The notes below the pieces were generated by a model. The model did not search any database, was not told the origin of the DNA, and saw nothing but the letters and a program-made list of their open reading frames with translations. Of a DNA stretch of 64,000 nucleotides, positions 12,570 to 22,761 are shown piece by piece; positions within the stretch are counted from its first letter, which is position 1; each line of letters opens with the position of its first letter. Both the position numbers and the translations under genes were made by a program. The stretch comes from Cirrosporium novae-zelandiae. Taxonomy: Eukaryota. The stretch covers positions 310,001 through 374,000 of the forward strand of contig JAPETS010000003.1 of NCBI GenBank assembly GCA_026023565.1. The letters run 5' to 3'.

Positions 12570-13704
12570 ATTTTTTTGGGGGGGGATGATTATGATGGTG
12601 ATAGTGATGATGCAATGGGGTAACGGACTGACCTGACGTTATTGTTGTTGTTCTAAATGCATTCATTGGGTGATATATGGTGCAATAGATATTCTATTAT
12701 TGCGATAACGCATGGCATAGCACGGCACGGAACGGCATTGGGGGGAAGCGGGTTGCATAACCAACACGGACGATGTTTTATTTCACTGTAGATGTCCAAC
12801 TAGAAAGAGGGTTAGATTTATATTGGAATTGATTAGGGTTAACTTAGATATATATTTATAGTGATGTTAGTTAATTGGGTATTAGCACAAAAATAAAATT
12901 CCTATACTTATTATGTATGTACTATGGTTTTTGTTATTTATGTCTTATTGGGAATTGTTTGTTTGTTCGTTGTTTTCTTTGGGTAGGCAATTAATCTGAA
13001 ACTATTAGATAAGTATAGTAGTAGTTTTTGATTTATTGTATGTTTGGGGAGGGTGGAGGGTGGAGGGGAGGAATTGTTATTGTTAATTAATTAATTGGAT
13101 GGTGGATTTAAAATGTATGTATGTATGTATGTGTGTGTATTGTATAATTTATATAGAACGCACAGAAAAAAAAAATATGGGATTAATGTTATGCGTAATT
13201 TCTACTTCTTGGAATGAAGTATCTCTATAGATATGATTAGCTATCCAAGTTTCTTAGTAAACGTTGTGTTAAAGCAACTATAAATATGGTACATGGACAT
13301 ATTCTAGCAAGTCTTTGTCTGGTTAAGAAAAAAAAGGTTCGAAGACGATCAACGGCTTATGGGAAATTGATTTTTATTTTTTGTTAAAAAAAGGGGGGGA
13401 GGGGGCTGTGGATGGATATCAAGTCATGCAGGCAAGACTGCAACGTCTTCTAGCATGTCATCCTGTAATTTTTAGTTTCTATTTGGATAACTAGGTATAC
13501 ATATAACCAGATAAACTACATGCACAAAATTCCTGCTTTTAATTTTAAACATCCATCTCTCCCTCATTAGATACATAGTAATGTACCCTTACCCTCAAAG
13601 CCCTCTATGACAACGCCGATCCCATTTAAAGCACACAAAGCCTAATGATTCATCAGAGTCGTCATCTAACCCAAATCCAACCCAACACAACCTGAATGTA
13701 ATTC

Positions 13705-16700
13705 TTAGCTCAACAATTCCCTAATATCCTCAATCCTGCCTGCCTTCTTTTCCTCTGCACTCATCATGCCTAGGCTACTCGCAATAAACTTTTTCCGATC
13801 CTGAACCTTCAGCATTCTGCCCTCGATGCTCCCGCCAACCACGAATCTGACCACCTTAACTTCTTGGTCTTGTCCCATCCTGTGCACGCGGTCGATGGCC
13901 TGGGCTTCGACGCTCCAACTCCACCATGGATCCATCATAAAGACTCTCTTTGCGTCAGTCAAATTTAGCCCTACACCACCGGCTCGAAGACTTAGGAGTA
14001 GAACGCATGCTTCTTCACTCTCTCGGAATCGGTTTAGAACCGAGGCGCGGGATTTCTGGTCCATGGTTCCGTCAAATCTAAGAGTTGGAATGTCTTCACG
14101 GGTGAGTGCTGGTCCTATCAAATCGAGGAACGAAGTAAATTGAGAGAAGACGACAGATTTGGTTCTCGGAGACTCGCGGCGTAGGCGGAGAAGATGGGAT
14201 AGCAAGGCGGCGATTTTAGCGGAGCCCCCAGAGGCGTTGACACGACGAAGAGATATCCGAGGTGTTCCCCCAGGGGTGGACGACGGTGGGGTTAGCATAA
14301 GCGTGGAGCTACAATTGTTTGGTTGAGACAAGGACCGTGAAAGGGGATCCCGACGAATGATTTCGAATATGTCACGTTGATTAATAGGTTCTCGGCAATT
14401 GAAGCATCGAGGGACCTCGCCTTTGGATTTCTGGTGCTCGATGAAATTGAGAAGGCACTCTTTACAGGCACTGTGCCAACAACCTGTAACCACGCGATCG
14501 ATCATAGGCTCTTCAGAACAGATAGGACATTCGCTTTCTTCCTCTTCTTGAATTTGCCGTAGAACGTGAGCGCCATAACGATTGGCATCATGGTCTCCTT
14601 CCTCAACCTCAAAACGCTGGATAAGTTCCTGAAGATCCATATCATCGAAAAGACCAGTGGCTCGATCAGCGTTGGCCGCAGCTTCTTCCTCTGAGGCAAC
14701 AAATTCTTTATTCCGAGTGAGAAGGGGATGACAACAAGATTGACGTAAGCGGAGGATTTGGGCAAACATGGTAGTATATGATTTAAGTAGTGTGCCTGTT
14801 TCGATACCATTATCAAACGTACGTTTAGCTCGCATAAATATGTAGTCGTAGACCTCGCGTTCGGCTTTTGATAGCTCCACCTCTTCAATGTCAATCTTTC
14901 GAGGAGGAAGAGGTACAAGAGCTTCGCCATCAGGTGTCTTCATGTCTTTTGTTCTACGCAGCACGAGAGGCTCAAGCACAGTCTGCACAACATCGAGAGC
15001 ACGAATGAAGTTTCCAGATTCAAAAGGCACCGTTATGAAAGTCTTCCAAAATGAGAAATTACTCCATGGCTCAACCTTCAAGAATCGGACTAGGCTAAAA
15101 AGATCTTCCAAGCGATTGACAATCGGAGTTCCAGTCAGTACCCATCTGTGTTTCGCACTTAGTTCGTAACAAGCCTTGGCGGTCTTCGATTGCCTGTTTT
15201 TTATATGATGCGCCTCATCTAGAATGATGCGGAAGAATTCAACCGAGAAAAGACCACCATGAACACCTCGATTTGAATTATTAGAAGCGATCTGATTGAA
15301 CTCTGAAAGCACAACTCCATAACTTGTGATAATTAAACTCGGAGCGTTAGCAGCGTTAGCAGCCGAACACAGGCTTTGAAGATTTGCAACTTTATCGTTG
15401 CCATAGTACACCAATGTCTTCATCGTGCCTGGAGCGGAAGCTTTCTCGGCTTCACTTTCCCACTGGGAGAGCAGTGACATAGGAGCTATGACAAGGGTTG
15501 TGCAGGGTGCAGGTTCTATTACAGCTTGCCTAGAAGATATTTTCGAGAACATATTGACCGATGAAGAGTTTTTGGATATCCGGGACGCAACTTCGGATTG
15601 GTGGGTGTGTATTAAACTTAGCATTTCAATTGTTTTCCCCAGACCCATCTCGTCTGCCAGAATACCCCCGAGGCAGTTCTGCTCTTGCGTGGGGAAGTGA
15701 AGAGAGATTTCACCAGAGTATGGATTGACATAGAAATAGTCTTGTCGGAATTCAGGAAGTGGATTGCCATCAGCATCTTTGATGGGCCAAGCATATTCCT
15801 CCCATAATGGATGCATAGAGGCTTCCATATGCTCTGGTTTATTCCCCTTTTCTTTATACATCATCCAGTGTAAAGCTTGCTTTTGATAAGGCCTTAAATC
15901 CATGGCGAAACTCTGGGCTGGTTCAGCCTGAGGAGTATTGAAATCAAATGATTGAGCTTTTTTGTATAGGGCATCAAGTTGATCCTGTTCAAGTTCTTTC
16001 CCTTCGGTGTCCTCTGCTTCATCTGAGCGAGGTGGCGATGAGGTTGGATCGGTAGACTGATTCTTGGATGATTCTTTCTTCTTGTCATAATGTTCTGCCA
16101 TCTCTGCAGCTTTGAGAAGACCTTGTCTCTTATGCCTGGTTGTGGTTTCATTAGCTGAAGTGGGGTGTAGATTGATCTCATCAAATAATTTGACCATGGC
16201 AACTTGTCTCAGCCTGAGATTTTTCTCTTCCGATGACTCCTTTTCCTCAAATAGGCCAGTAGTTCGGTTATTATCCGTTGGCATGACATACATATCATGC
16301 AAAAAGGCCTGGTCGCGTAGAAACGCCTTGATCTGGAGGTAGACTGTATCATTCACTCTAACTCTATCCGGTGCATAAACACATGCACCCTCAAAAGTAC
16401 AGATCTTCTGGTCTATCAAGGTCGAAACCCATTCCGCAGTTTCTTGAGGAAATCTTCCAATTTCTTGATCTCTGCTATTCGTAAAGCGAACAATCACATC
16501 GGAGCGCCTCGAAGCAGCATTCCTACCACCTCTTCCTACTTTAGTAGGGGCAACAATCTTTGTCCGTTCAATCTTGACCGATTCTTCGTGTTTTAAAAGA
16601 TTTGTTCCACTTGTAGTTGTCCAACCCTCAACTCCAAAAGCCCCAACATATCTCTTTGAGGGCATGAAATTGCCCCTCATTGCTATGTAGCTATCTAAAT

Positions 16701-17175
16701 CATGGCCTCTGACATCTATTGGACCGTTCTTACAGTTGGTCGTTCGGTTCGATGCGCGTTTAAGATGGTTCAAATCAGCGGAGGGTGGCGGAGTTGATAC
16801 AGGCAGTGGTGGAGCTTTCTTCCAAGAGCCATCTAAGTACATGTTGACTGCGCTTTCCAGATTCCCTCCAGAGATGCGCTGTAGTGTATCGATCGCCTGG
16901 TTGGAGACATCTGTTCCCACCACATTTTTGAAAACGTCGACATCAAATCCATTTGTGACGACAGGCGCTGGTTGAATTGGGAGTTCCCGAGGTTTGGGAC
17001 TTTGGGATTTATCATTTGGAAGAAGGGGAAGAGTAGGGGCGCTTTCTGGAGAGGCTTCGTCCAATGTCAGGTCGGGTTGGGCCACTGGCTGTTCGTGTTC
17101 AGCTATGGAAGATTCATTCCCAACAAAGAAACGGCGTTTTTTCGTAGGAGGCTGATCAGTGTCGGTTGGATTCAT
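13705..17175 (-). CDS. RAD5: DNA repair protein Rad5 (HIRAN + SNF2 ATPase + RING E3)
   Basis: 1156-aa uninterrupted ORF; HIRAN region (YVGAFGVEGWTT...IVRFTN..EIGR), GGILADEMGLGKT, DEAH, RING CPIC...CWHSAC..C...CFNCR, QAIDRVHRMGQ. Confidence 0.96.
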   Translation of the reverse strand: MNPTDTDQPPTKKRRFFVGNESSIAEHEQPVAQPDLTLDEASPESAPTLPLLPNDKSQSPKPRELPIQPAPVVTNGFDVDVFKNVVGTDVSNQAIDTLQRISGGNLESAVNMYLDGSWKKAPPLPVSTPPPSADLNHLKRASNRTTNCKNGPIDVRGHDLDSYIAMRGNFMPSKRYVGAFGVEGWTTTSGTNLLKHEESVKIERTKIVAPTKVGRGGRNAASRRSDVIVRFTNSRDQEIGRFPQETAEWVSTLIDQKICTFEGACVYAPDRVRVNDTVYLQIKAFLRDQAFLHDMYVMPTDNNRTTGLFEEKESSEEKNLRLRQVAMVKLFDEINLHPTSANETTTRHKRQGLLKAAEMAEHYDKKKESSKNQSTDPTSSPPRSDEAEDTEGKELEQDQLDALYKKAQSFDFNTPQAEPAQSFAMDLRPYQKQALHWMMYKEKGNKPEHMEASMHPLWEEYAWPIKDADGNPLPEFRQDYFYVNPYSGEISLHFPTQEQNCLGGILADEMGLGKTIEMLSLIHTHQSEVASRISKNSSSVNMFSKISSRQAVIEPAPCTTLVIAPMSLLSQWESEAEKASAPGTMKTLVYYGNDKVANLQSLCSAANAANAPSLIITSYGVVLSEFNQIASNNSNRGVHGGLFSVEFFRIILDEAHHIKNRQSKTAKACYELSAKHRWVLTGTPIVNRLEDLFSLVRFLKVEPWSNFSFWKTFITVPFESGNFIRALDVVQTVLEPLVLRRTKDMKTPDGEALVPLPPRKIDIEEVELSKAEREVYDYIFMRAKRTFDNGIETGTLLKSYTTMFAQILRLRQSCCHPLLTRNKEFVASEEEAAANADRATGLFDDMDLQELIQRFEVEEGDHDANRYGAHVLRQIQEEEESECPICSEEPMIDRVVTGCWHSACKECLLNFIEHQKSKGEVPRCFNCREPINQRDIFEIIRRDPLSRSLSQPNNCSSTLMLTPPSSTPGGTPRISLRRVNASGGSAKIAALLSHLLRLRRESPRTKSVVFSQFTSFLDLIGPALTREDIPTLRFDGTMDQKSRASVLNRFRESEEACVLLLSLRAGGVGLNLTDAKRVFMMDPWWSWSVEAQAIDRVHRMGQDQEVKVVRFVVGGSIEGRMLKVQDRKKFIASSLGMMSAEEKKAGRIEDIRELLS

Positions 17176-17258
17176 ATTATATTGACAAAAAGAGGCTAGA
17201 ATCAGAGATAATGGCTGGTTTTCTGGTGTCGGAGCAAAAACTTGGGTATTTTGGGGTG

Positions 17259-17300
17259 ACGCGCCAAGAATAGAAGATCTAATTAATTACCGTGACGCGT
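17259..17300. promoter_or_regulatory. Two MCB-like boxes (ACGCG 17259-17263; ACGCGT 17295-17300) upstream of RAD5
   Basis: Motifs 84-125 bp upstream of the RAD5 ATG; MBF/MCB control of replication and repair genes is established in ascomycetes. Confidence 0.5.
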
Positions 17301-17483
17301 AGAACTGAAAGGGGCCAACCCCAAACGTGGAATCAGGAAGGTGATCCTAGGGAAGCCTTCAAACAAAATCAGTTTTCAATAACAGTTTAATATGAAGGCC
17401 TCCCCAATCCCTGAAGGACAATGATTAATTACGAACTTATAAAAGTTGATTTTGTTTGAAGCTGGTGGCTTTTATTTCTACTA
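17288..17483. mobile_element. Degenerate MITE copy B in RAD5 promoter
   Basis: gtagaactgaaaggggccaaccccaaa and ctggtggcttttatttctac match the terminal repeats of copies A and D; shared core ccttcaaacaaaatcagttttcaataac..gaaggcctcccc. Confidence 0.65.
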
Positions 17484-18168
17484 TATGAGGTATAAATGTT
17501 CATTCCGATGGTTAAGATTCACTCCTACTATTATTCACTTTTGCCATTCATTTCTACAACCTTTTTGCAGACCACAAGGCTTGGCCGCATAGCAGAATTT
17601 CCACTCACATAAAAAGTTCCTATTCACTTTTTGCATGAATTTACTAAGCTGATTTAAAATCGCGAAAATACTACGCTAACTGTCCGACGAGCCAAGCACG
17701 CCAAGATCGAGTCAGCTGTCGGTTGAGGTTGATTAATAATTATATTCGATAGGTTGGCAAGATGAAAGCGGCCTGCAGCTAAATTGGGTTGTAGCTCAAG
17801 TCCATTTTTTCATTCAACGTTACAGGCATTATTTCAACTTACAGTATTTTTTCAGCAAGTTGGTGGTGATTTGTGGAGCATTAATACAACAGCCCTGATA
17901 GCAAGCAACCTTAACAACGATATCTCCGGTCCAGATATCAAATATCTATTACTGCGTTATACCTTTGCCATTATGTATTCGCTACTTCATACGTTCTACT
18001 TTATAATCTCTTGATTACAAATATCTAGCAGGGGAAATCAGAGATAGCTGCTTATCTCCTAATATCTATATAATTCCCCTGCTTCATCCCTTCCTTCTAC
18101 TTTCTTTCAGTTCATGTTTTATCTCCCCAACCCGTCTTCTTTTAGCTTGAAAGTTACAACGTCTAACA

Positions 18169-19586
18169 ATGGCACCCATTCGCATTGGCTTTATAGGGCT
18201 ATCCGCGTCCGGCGGTTGGGCTGTTCCCACCCACTGGGCCTACCTCTCTCAATCATCCAAGTACCAGATCGTGGCATTATGCAACTCATCTGTCGAGGCC
18301 GCCAAGAAGGCGATCGAACACTATAAGCTTCCTGCAACCACAAAGGCCTATGCATCTCCATCCGATTTGGCACAGGACCCTAACGTCGACCTTGTCGTTT
18401 GCTGCGTCCGTGTTGACAGGCATTACGATAGTATCAAACCTGCCCTCTTAGCTGGCAAGCCAGTTTTCACAGAATGGCCTCTTACTATTTCCCTTTCTCA
18501 AGCCGAAGAGCTAGCATCCTTGGCAAAAGAGAAAGGTGTTAAGACGGCCATAGGATTTCAGGGTCGTCAAGACCTTCTCGTTCGCAAGATCAAGGAGATT
18601 ATTGCAAGCGGGAAGATCGGGAGGGTTTTGAGCAGCACAATGACAGGACAGATAACCTATTACGGGGGCACGGAGACCGAACAGACAGCATATTTGGCTG
18701 ACATTAAATATGGGGGTTTATTAGTGACTGTCATGACTGGACATTGTGAGTACTTTCCCCTATCTAATATTCCAATCTCAGAGCACCGCCACTTTGACGA
18801 CTATCTCATCTGTCATGTTTGTGCTACCTGTCTCTCCCTACTGCCCTGAAGTCGAAAATATCACATAAAATGCACCCCACGAAATATCAGACGTTATATT
18901 TCGTCGAGAGAAGAGCAATTCAACAACCAAAACGGGGTATCATACTGCTACGACGGTCGTATCACTCATTTCCATCAAGCCCACCCACCCATCTCCATAA
19001 ACCAACCAACCAAACAACCCCACTAACCAGCTAACCCCATCCCACAAAAGGCATCGACTGGATCCAATACACCCTAGGCGAACTAACCACCTTCACGGCC
19101 CTCCTCGCAAACCAACGCCCCACATTCAACCTCGTCTCCGCCGACGGCTCCATCCTCTCCACACACCCCAAAACCTCACACGACCAGGTCATACTAACCG
19201 GCACCCTCTCCTCCGGCGCGGTCCTATCCTACCACCTCCGCGGCGGCGGTCCGTTCCCCGGAACCCCAGCCCACGAGTGGCGGATCTACGGCGAAAAAGG
19301 CGAGATCCGCGTGACGGCCGGCAGCTTCTTCCTGCACATGGAACCGAGTGATCGAAAGATGGAGGTGTGGGTTTCCGGGGCCGAGAAGCCGGATGTGGTG
19401 GATGTGGAGGGCGACGGGTGGACGAAGCTGCCGAATGTAGCGAGGAATGTTGCGAGGGAATATGAGGCGTTTGCGGATGGTGGGGGGCATCTAGCTGATT
19501 TTGAAGAGGCGGTTAGGAGACAGAAACTTACCGAGTTGATATATCAGAGCTCGGAGACAGGGATGAGGGTTAAGTATACAGAGTAA
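18169..19586 (+). CDS. Gfo/Idh/MocA family NAD(P)-binding oxidoreductase (Gal80-like)
   Basis: IRIGFIGLSASGGWA..H, DPNVDLVVCCVRVDRH, GKPVFTEWPL; ~305-nt intron 18746-19050; exon 2 ends ADFEEAVRRQKL. Confidence 0.88.
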
Positions 19587-20353
19587 GCTAAATACAATAC
19601 AATTGATGACGGTTCTAGCCGAATACCTAGTGCCTATCGATGATGTTTTATTCCAAGTTGTCTGTTTCAGACTTATACACGGCAAAAGAAGCCTATAAGA
19701 TTCCCACTCTAACTGACTACATGATATCGTATGATACCAACAACACTTTTTACGTTATCCGGAAGAAGAAGAAGAACAAGAAAGAATATCACGAGTACAC
19801 AAAAAGGAAAGATACAGAGCAAGATTTTTAGATTCATCCATTTCATAGATGTTCCTAGTGAAAGTTCCTTAAACCAATCTCCGAATCTTCGTTGGAGCCG
19901 CAACGTTTAACAAATGCTATAAATATGGAGATCTTTCTACGGAACCCGGACCTTTGAGACTTGGTTTCTGATACGTTAGCTATAGAAGATGATTGTTTTA
20001 GGTTAAGGTAGTAGTCAAGGTTGTTCGACTTTTTAGCTGAGGTAATTATGGTATAGATAACTCGTTAGCGTCAAAAGGGAGTACGGAAAGAAGCTCTCAA
20101 GGCAATGATGCCAATACTTTACAATCAACGGAAAATAACCAAAATTCATGAGATGGTATTTCTAATTATCATTTCCTGCCAACGTTTCTGATGAATAAAA
20201 AAGGCCCTCAGCCATAGAAAAGTGAGTTCCTCATCTAAAATTACAAGGTAGAAGTATTCCAATTTCATCCATGCGCTTACTCATTAATAACAGTTACAAT
20301 CTGTATCACCCATTACCTCAACTCTGATTAGGGCGTGTTGGCAGACCATAAAT

Positions 20354-21500
20354 CTAGTGCTTCCCAATGTGCAATTTATCCTTGAGCTTTTCACTTAGCT
20401 TGGGCTTATCAGCTTTGTCTGCGTGCTTGGATGAAGTGTCTTGGACGGGTGGTGGTGGCGAGCTGCCACTTAGAGGATCCTTGCGAATTCCTTTTTCAGC
20501 GAGAAGCCCTATCTCAATTAAATTAGATAACTGGATACCCAAGCGTAATTTGATGAGATGGAACTTACGATCAGCCTCCCTTGCAGCCCCAGGTTTGGTA
20601 GCATCAAAGTTACCGCCATCAGCAGCGAGACCGGTAGTCTTCTCCCATTTTTCACCGGTCCCATCCTTGTCGCTTTCGCCTTTCTGTCCCGAAGATTCTT
20701 CGTCTTTCTTCTCCCCTTGTTCTTCGTGTTTAACCTCGTCTAAAGGCTCCCCTGAATGATCGTTGGGGTCCTTTGGAAAATCTTTTGGTTCCTCTGGGAT
20801 CTCTGGCTCCTTTTGTTGTGCCACCTCGGCGCTTTCTTTCTTCTCCCTGATAGCCCCGGCTTGTTCATCAGTTGGTGCTTCGCTAGGACGATCGGCACCC
20901 TGTTGTTTTTGGTGAGGTACGGCACCACTATCAGGAGCAGCACCAACTGATGGTGATACACCCTCGTCAAGGCCGCCAGAAGCGTTTCTTTCTGTGGGCC
21001 GCTCATCTTGGAACTTAGGATCATTACTGTGAAGGTCGGTTACACCAGTCTTCTCTGTGTTATGCTCAGGGTGCAGTGGACCACCTGCTGCAATCGAGGT
21101 GCCAGGGTCGCCCATTGGCTTTTGAGTCTCGGCGGCAGCGGGTTCTGGAGCTGGGGTTTGTTGGTCAGTGGAAGTGGTTGAAGCCACAGCCGAGGTGTCA
21201 GGGTTGTCAATTGACTTCTGGGTTTCAGTAAAAGAGGGTTTAGGAGCCGTAGCTTGTTGTTCGGTGGTGGTAGTTGAGGAAGTGGGGTTCGGTTCTATGT
21301 GGGGAAGGAGTTAATGTCAACTTTCATTTCGGGTTATAAATAGGAACAGTAGGGGAGAGAAAATTACCTTCGGCATTGCCCTTGTCGTATGGATCTGAGG
21401 CTGTTCCTGCACCAGATTCACCAGAGACAGGCTCCTCCGAAGGCTTGTCGCCCCAGATGGCTTTGCTAGCAGCACTTGTTATGTTGCTGATGGTTTCCAT
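20354..21500 (-). CDS. Hydrophilic low-complexity fungal protein (3 exons)
   Basis: METISNITSAASKAIWGD..EEPVSGESGAGT..DPYDKGN; GTGEKWEKTTGLAADGGNFDATKPGA.READR|LL; C-terminal KLKDKLHIGKH; these motifs recall a conserved uncharacterised Pezizomycotina family. Confidence 0.75.
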
Positions 21501-21887
21501 GGTGGTTGAAGTCAGAAGAGAGAATAGAATGTATTAGGAATAATGGAAATGGGTATCCAGAACAATTGGAGTGGTGGATAATATGAAATGTGTGTATTCA
21601 AGTAGGAGCTGTGTTTGCTTAAGAAGCATAAGGAGATGAGGCCAAGGCAGGCTTTTTGTCCTTGACGTATTGGGAAATACCCGAGTTGGATGACGACAAG
21701 AGTTTGCCTCCCTGCAACTGGTAACTTAAGCCAGCCGCTTTTCAAGCCAGTGGATCAGAATCCATGATAGCTATACAAGTACATTCAGGTTATTTGTTCA
21801 TTTGTGAAAATCTGACGTAGAGCTTCTACCAAAATTCAGAAAACTTGGTTGATGGATATATAAAGTCAAAGTATCTATCGTGCTACC

Positions 21888-22126
21888 CATGCACGCAGGT
21901 CCCAAAATAAAGAGGACTCATAAATGCCTTTCCCCGAACCAGCCTACGTGCCTACCCAACACTACACCCACCCCAAAAAAAATCAGAAAAATGATCCTAG
22001 GAAGGCCTTCAAATTGAATTGTTATTGAAATTAAAAATTGATTTTGTTTGAAGGCCTCCCCAGGAAAAATAATAATTAAAAAAAAGGAATTTGTGAGTCC
22101 CGTTTATTTTGGGACCCGCATTCCAT
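21888..22126. mobile_element. Composite inverted-repeat element (copy C): MITE core inside different outer inverted repeats
   Basis: gcacgcaggtcccaaaataaagaggactcataaatgcctt (~21891-21930) pairs with aaggaatttgtgagtcccgtttattttgggacccgcat (~22084-22121); inside, gatcctaggaaggccttcaaa...ttgaaggcctcccc matches the MITE core. Confidence 0.6.
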
Positions 22127-22342
22127 GCCATGCTCGAAGTTATACTTGTGTTTCATCTCTTGCTTGGTTTCTAGTACTAAAATACCTGGCATTATGGCGA
22201 CCTGACAGATAAAGATGGCCTTGAATTTCTTTAATGCTGCGCCATGACGTAAATCCCATCAATGACGCATTGCGGGGTTTGTCGATCCCGAAAGCCAAGT
22301 CTTTTCCCGTCGAATCCCTGCTTGTTCTTTATAACAACAATT

Positions 22343-22596
22343 TACTTTTGGCGAGTAGAAATGAAAGCAACCAGACCCAAAGATAGAACTAGAATAATGT
22401 GACCTTAGTCTAGGGAGGCCTTCAAACAAAACCAATTTTTGTATATTTATAATTAATTTATTTTTAGGGATTTGGGGAGGTCTTCAAGCAAAATCAATTT
22501 TCAATAACAATTTAATTGAAGACCTCTCCTAAGGTCACTTTTCTAGGTTTCGTTCTTTGGGGGTCTGGTCGCTTTTATTTCTACCTGTCGAAAGTA
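22343..22596. mobile_element. Palindromic MITE-like element, copy D
   Basis: TActtttggcgagtagaaatgaaagcaaccagacccaaaga ... tctttgggggtctggtcgcttttatttctacctgtcgaaagTA; same termini as copy A; core partly duplicated. Confidence 0.8.
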
Positions 22597-22761
22597 CTTT
22601 CTATCATATCCATTCACATCATATCATTATATACAGATATTCATCGTCCCTATCCCTTAGCCACATATGTGAGAGCAATTCAAACGCCTGCCGCTCCATC
22701 TTCCATAGCATATTCAGCCTGAACCACATAGCTACACTCGTTACTGAATTTTTTGTTGTAC

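Noticed and set aside
12570..13420. AT-rich spacer with (TATG)n, poly-A and poly-G tracts
   Set aside because: Simple low-complexity sequence between convergent genes; no transposon or RNA-gene hallmark
13826..17199. Many + strand ORFs overlapping RAD5 (and similar antisense ORFs over PIF1, EDC3, CYP8, kinesin, ATP13)
   Set aside because: Shadow frames of strong genes; no recognisable motifs
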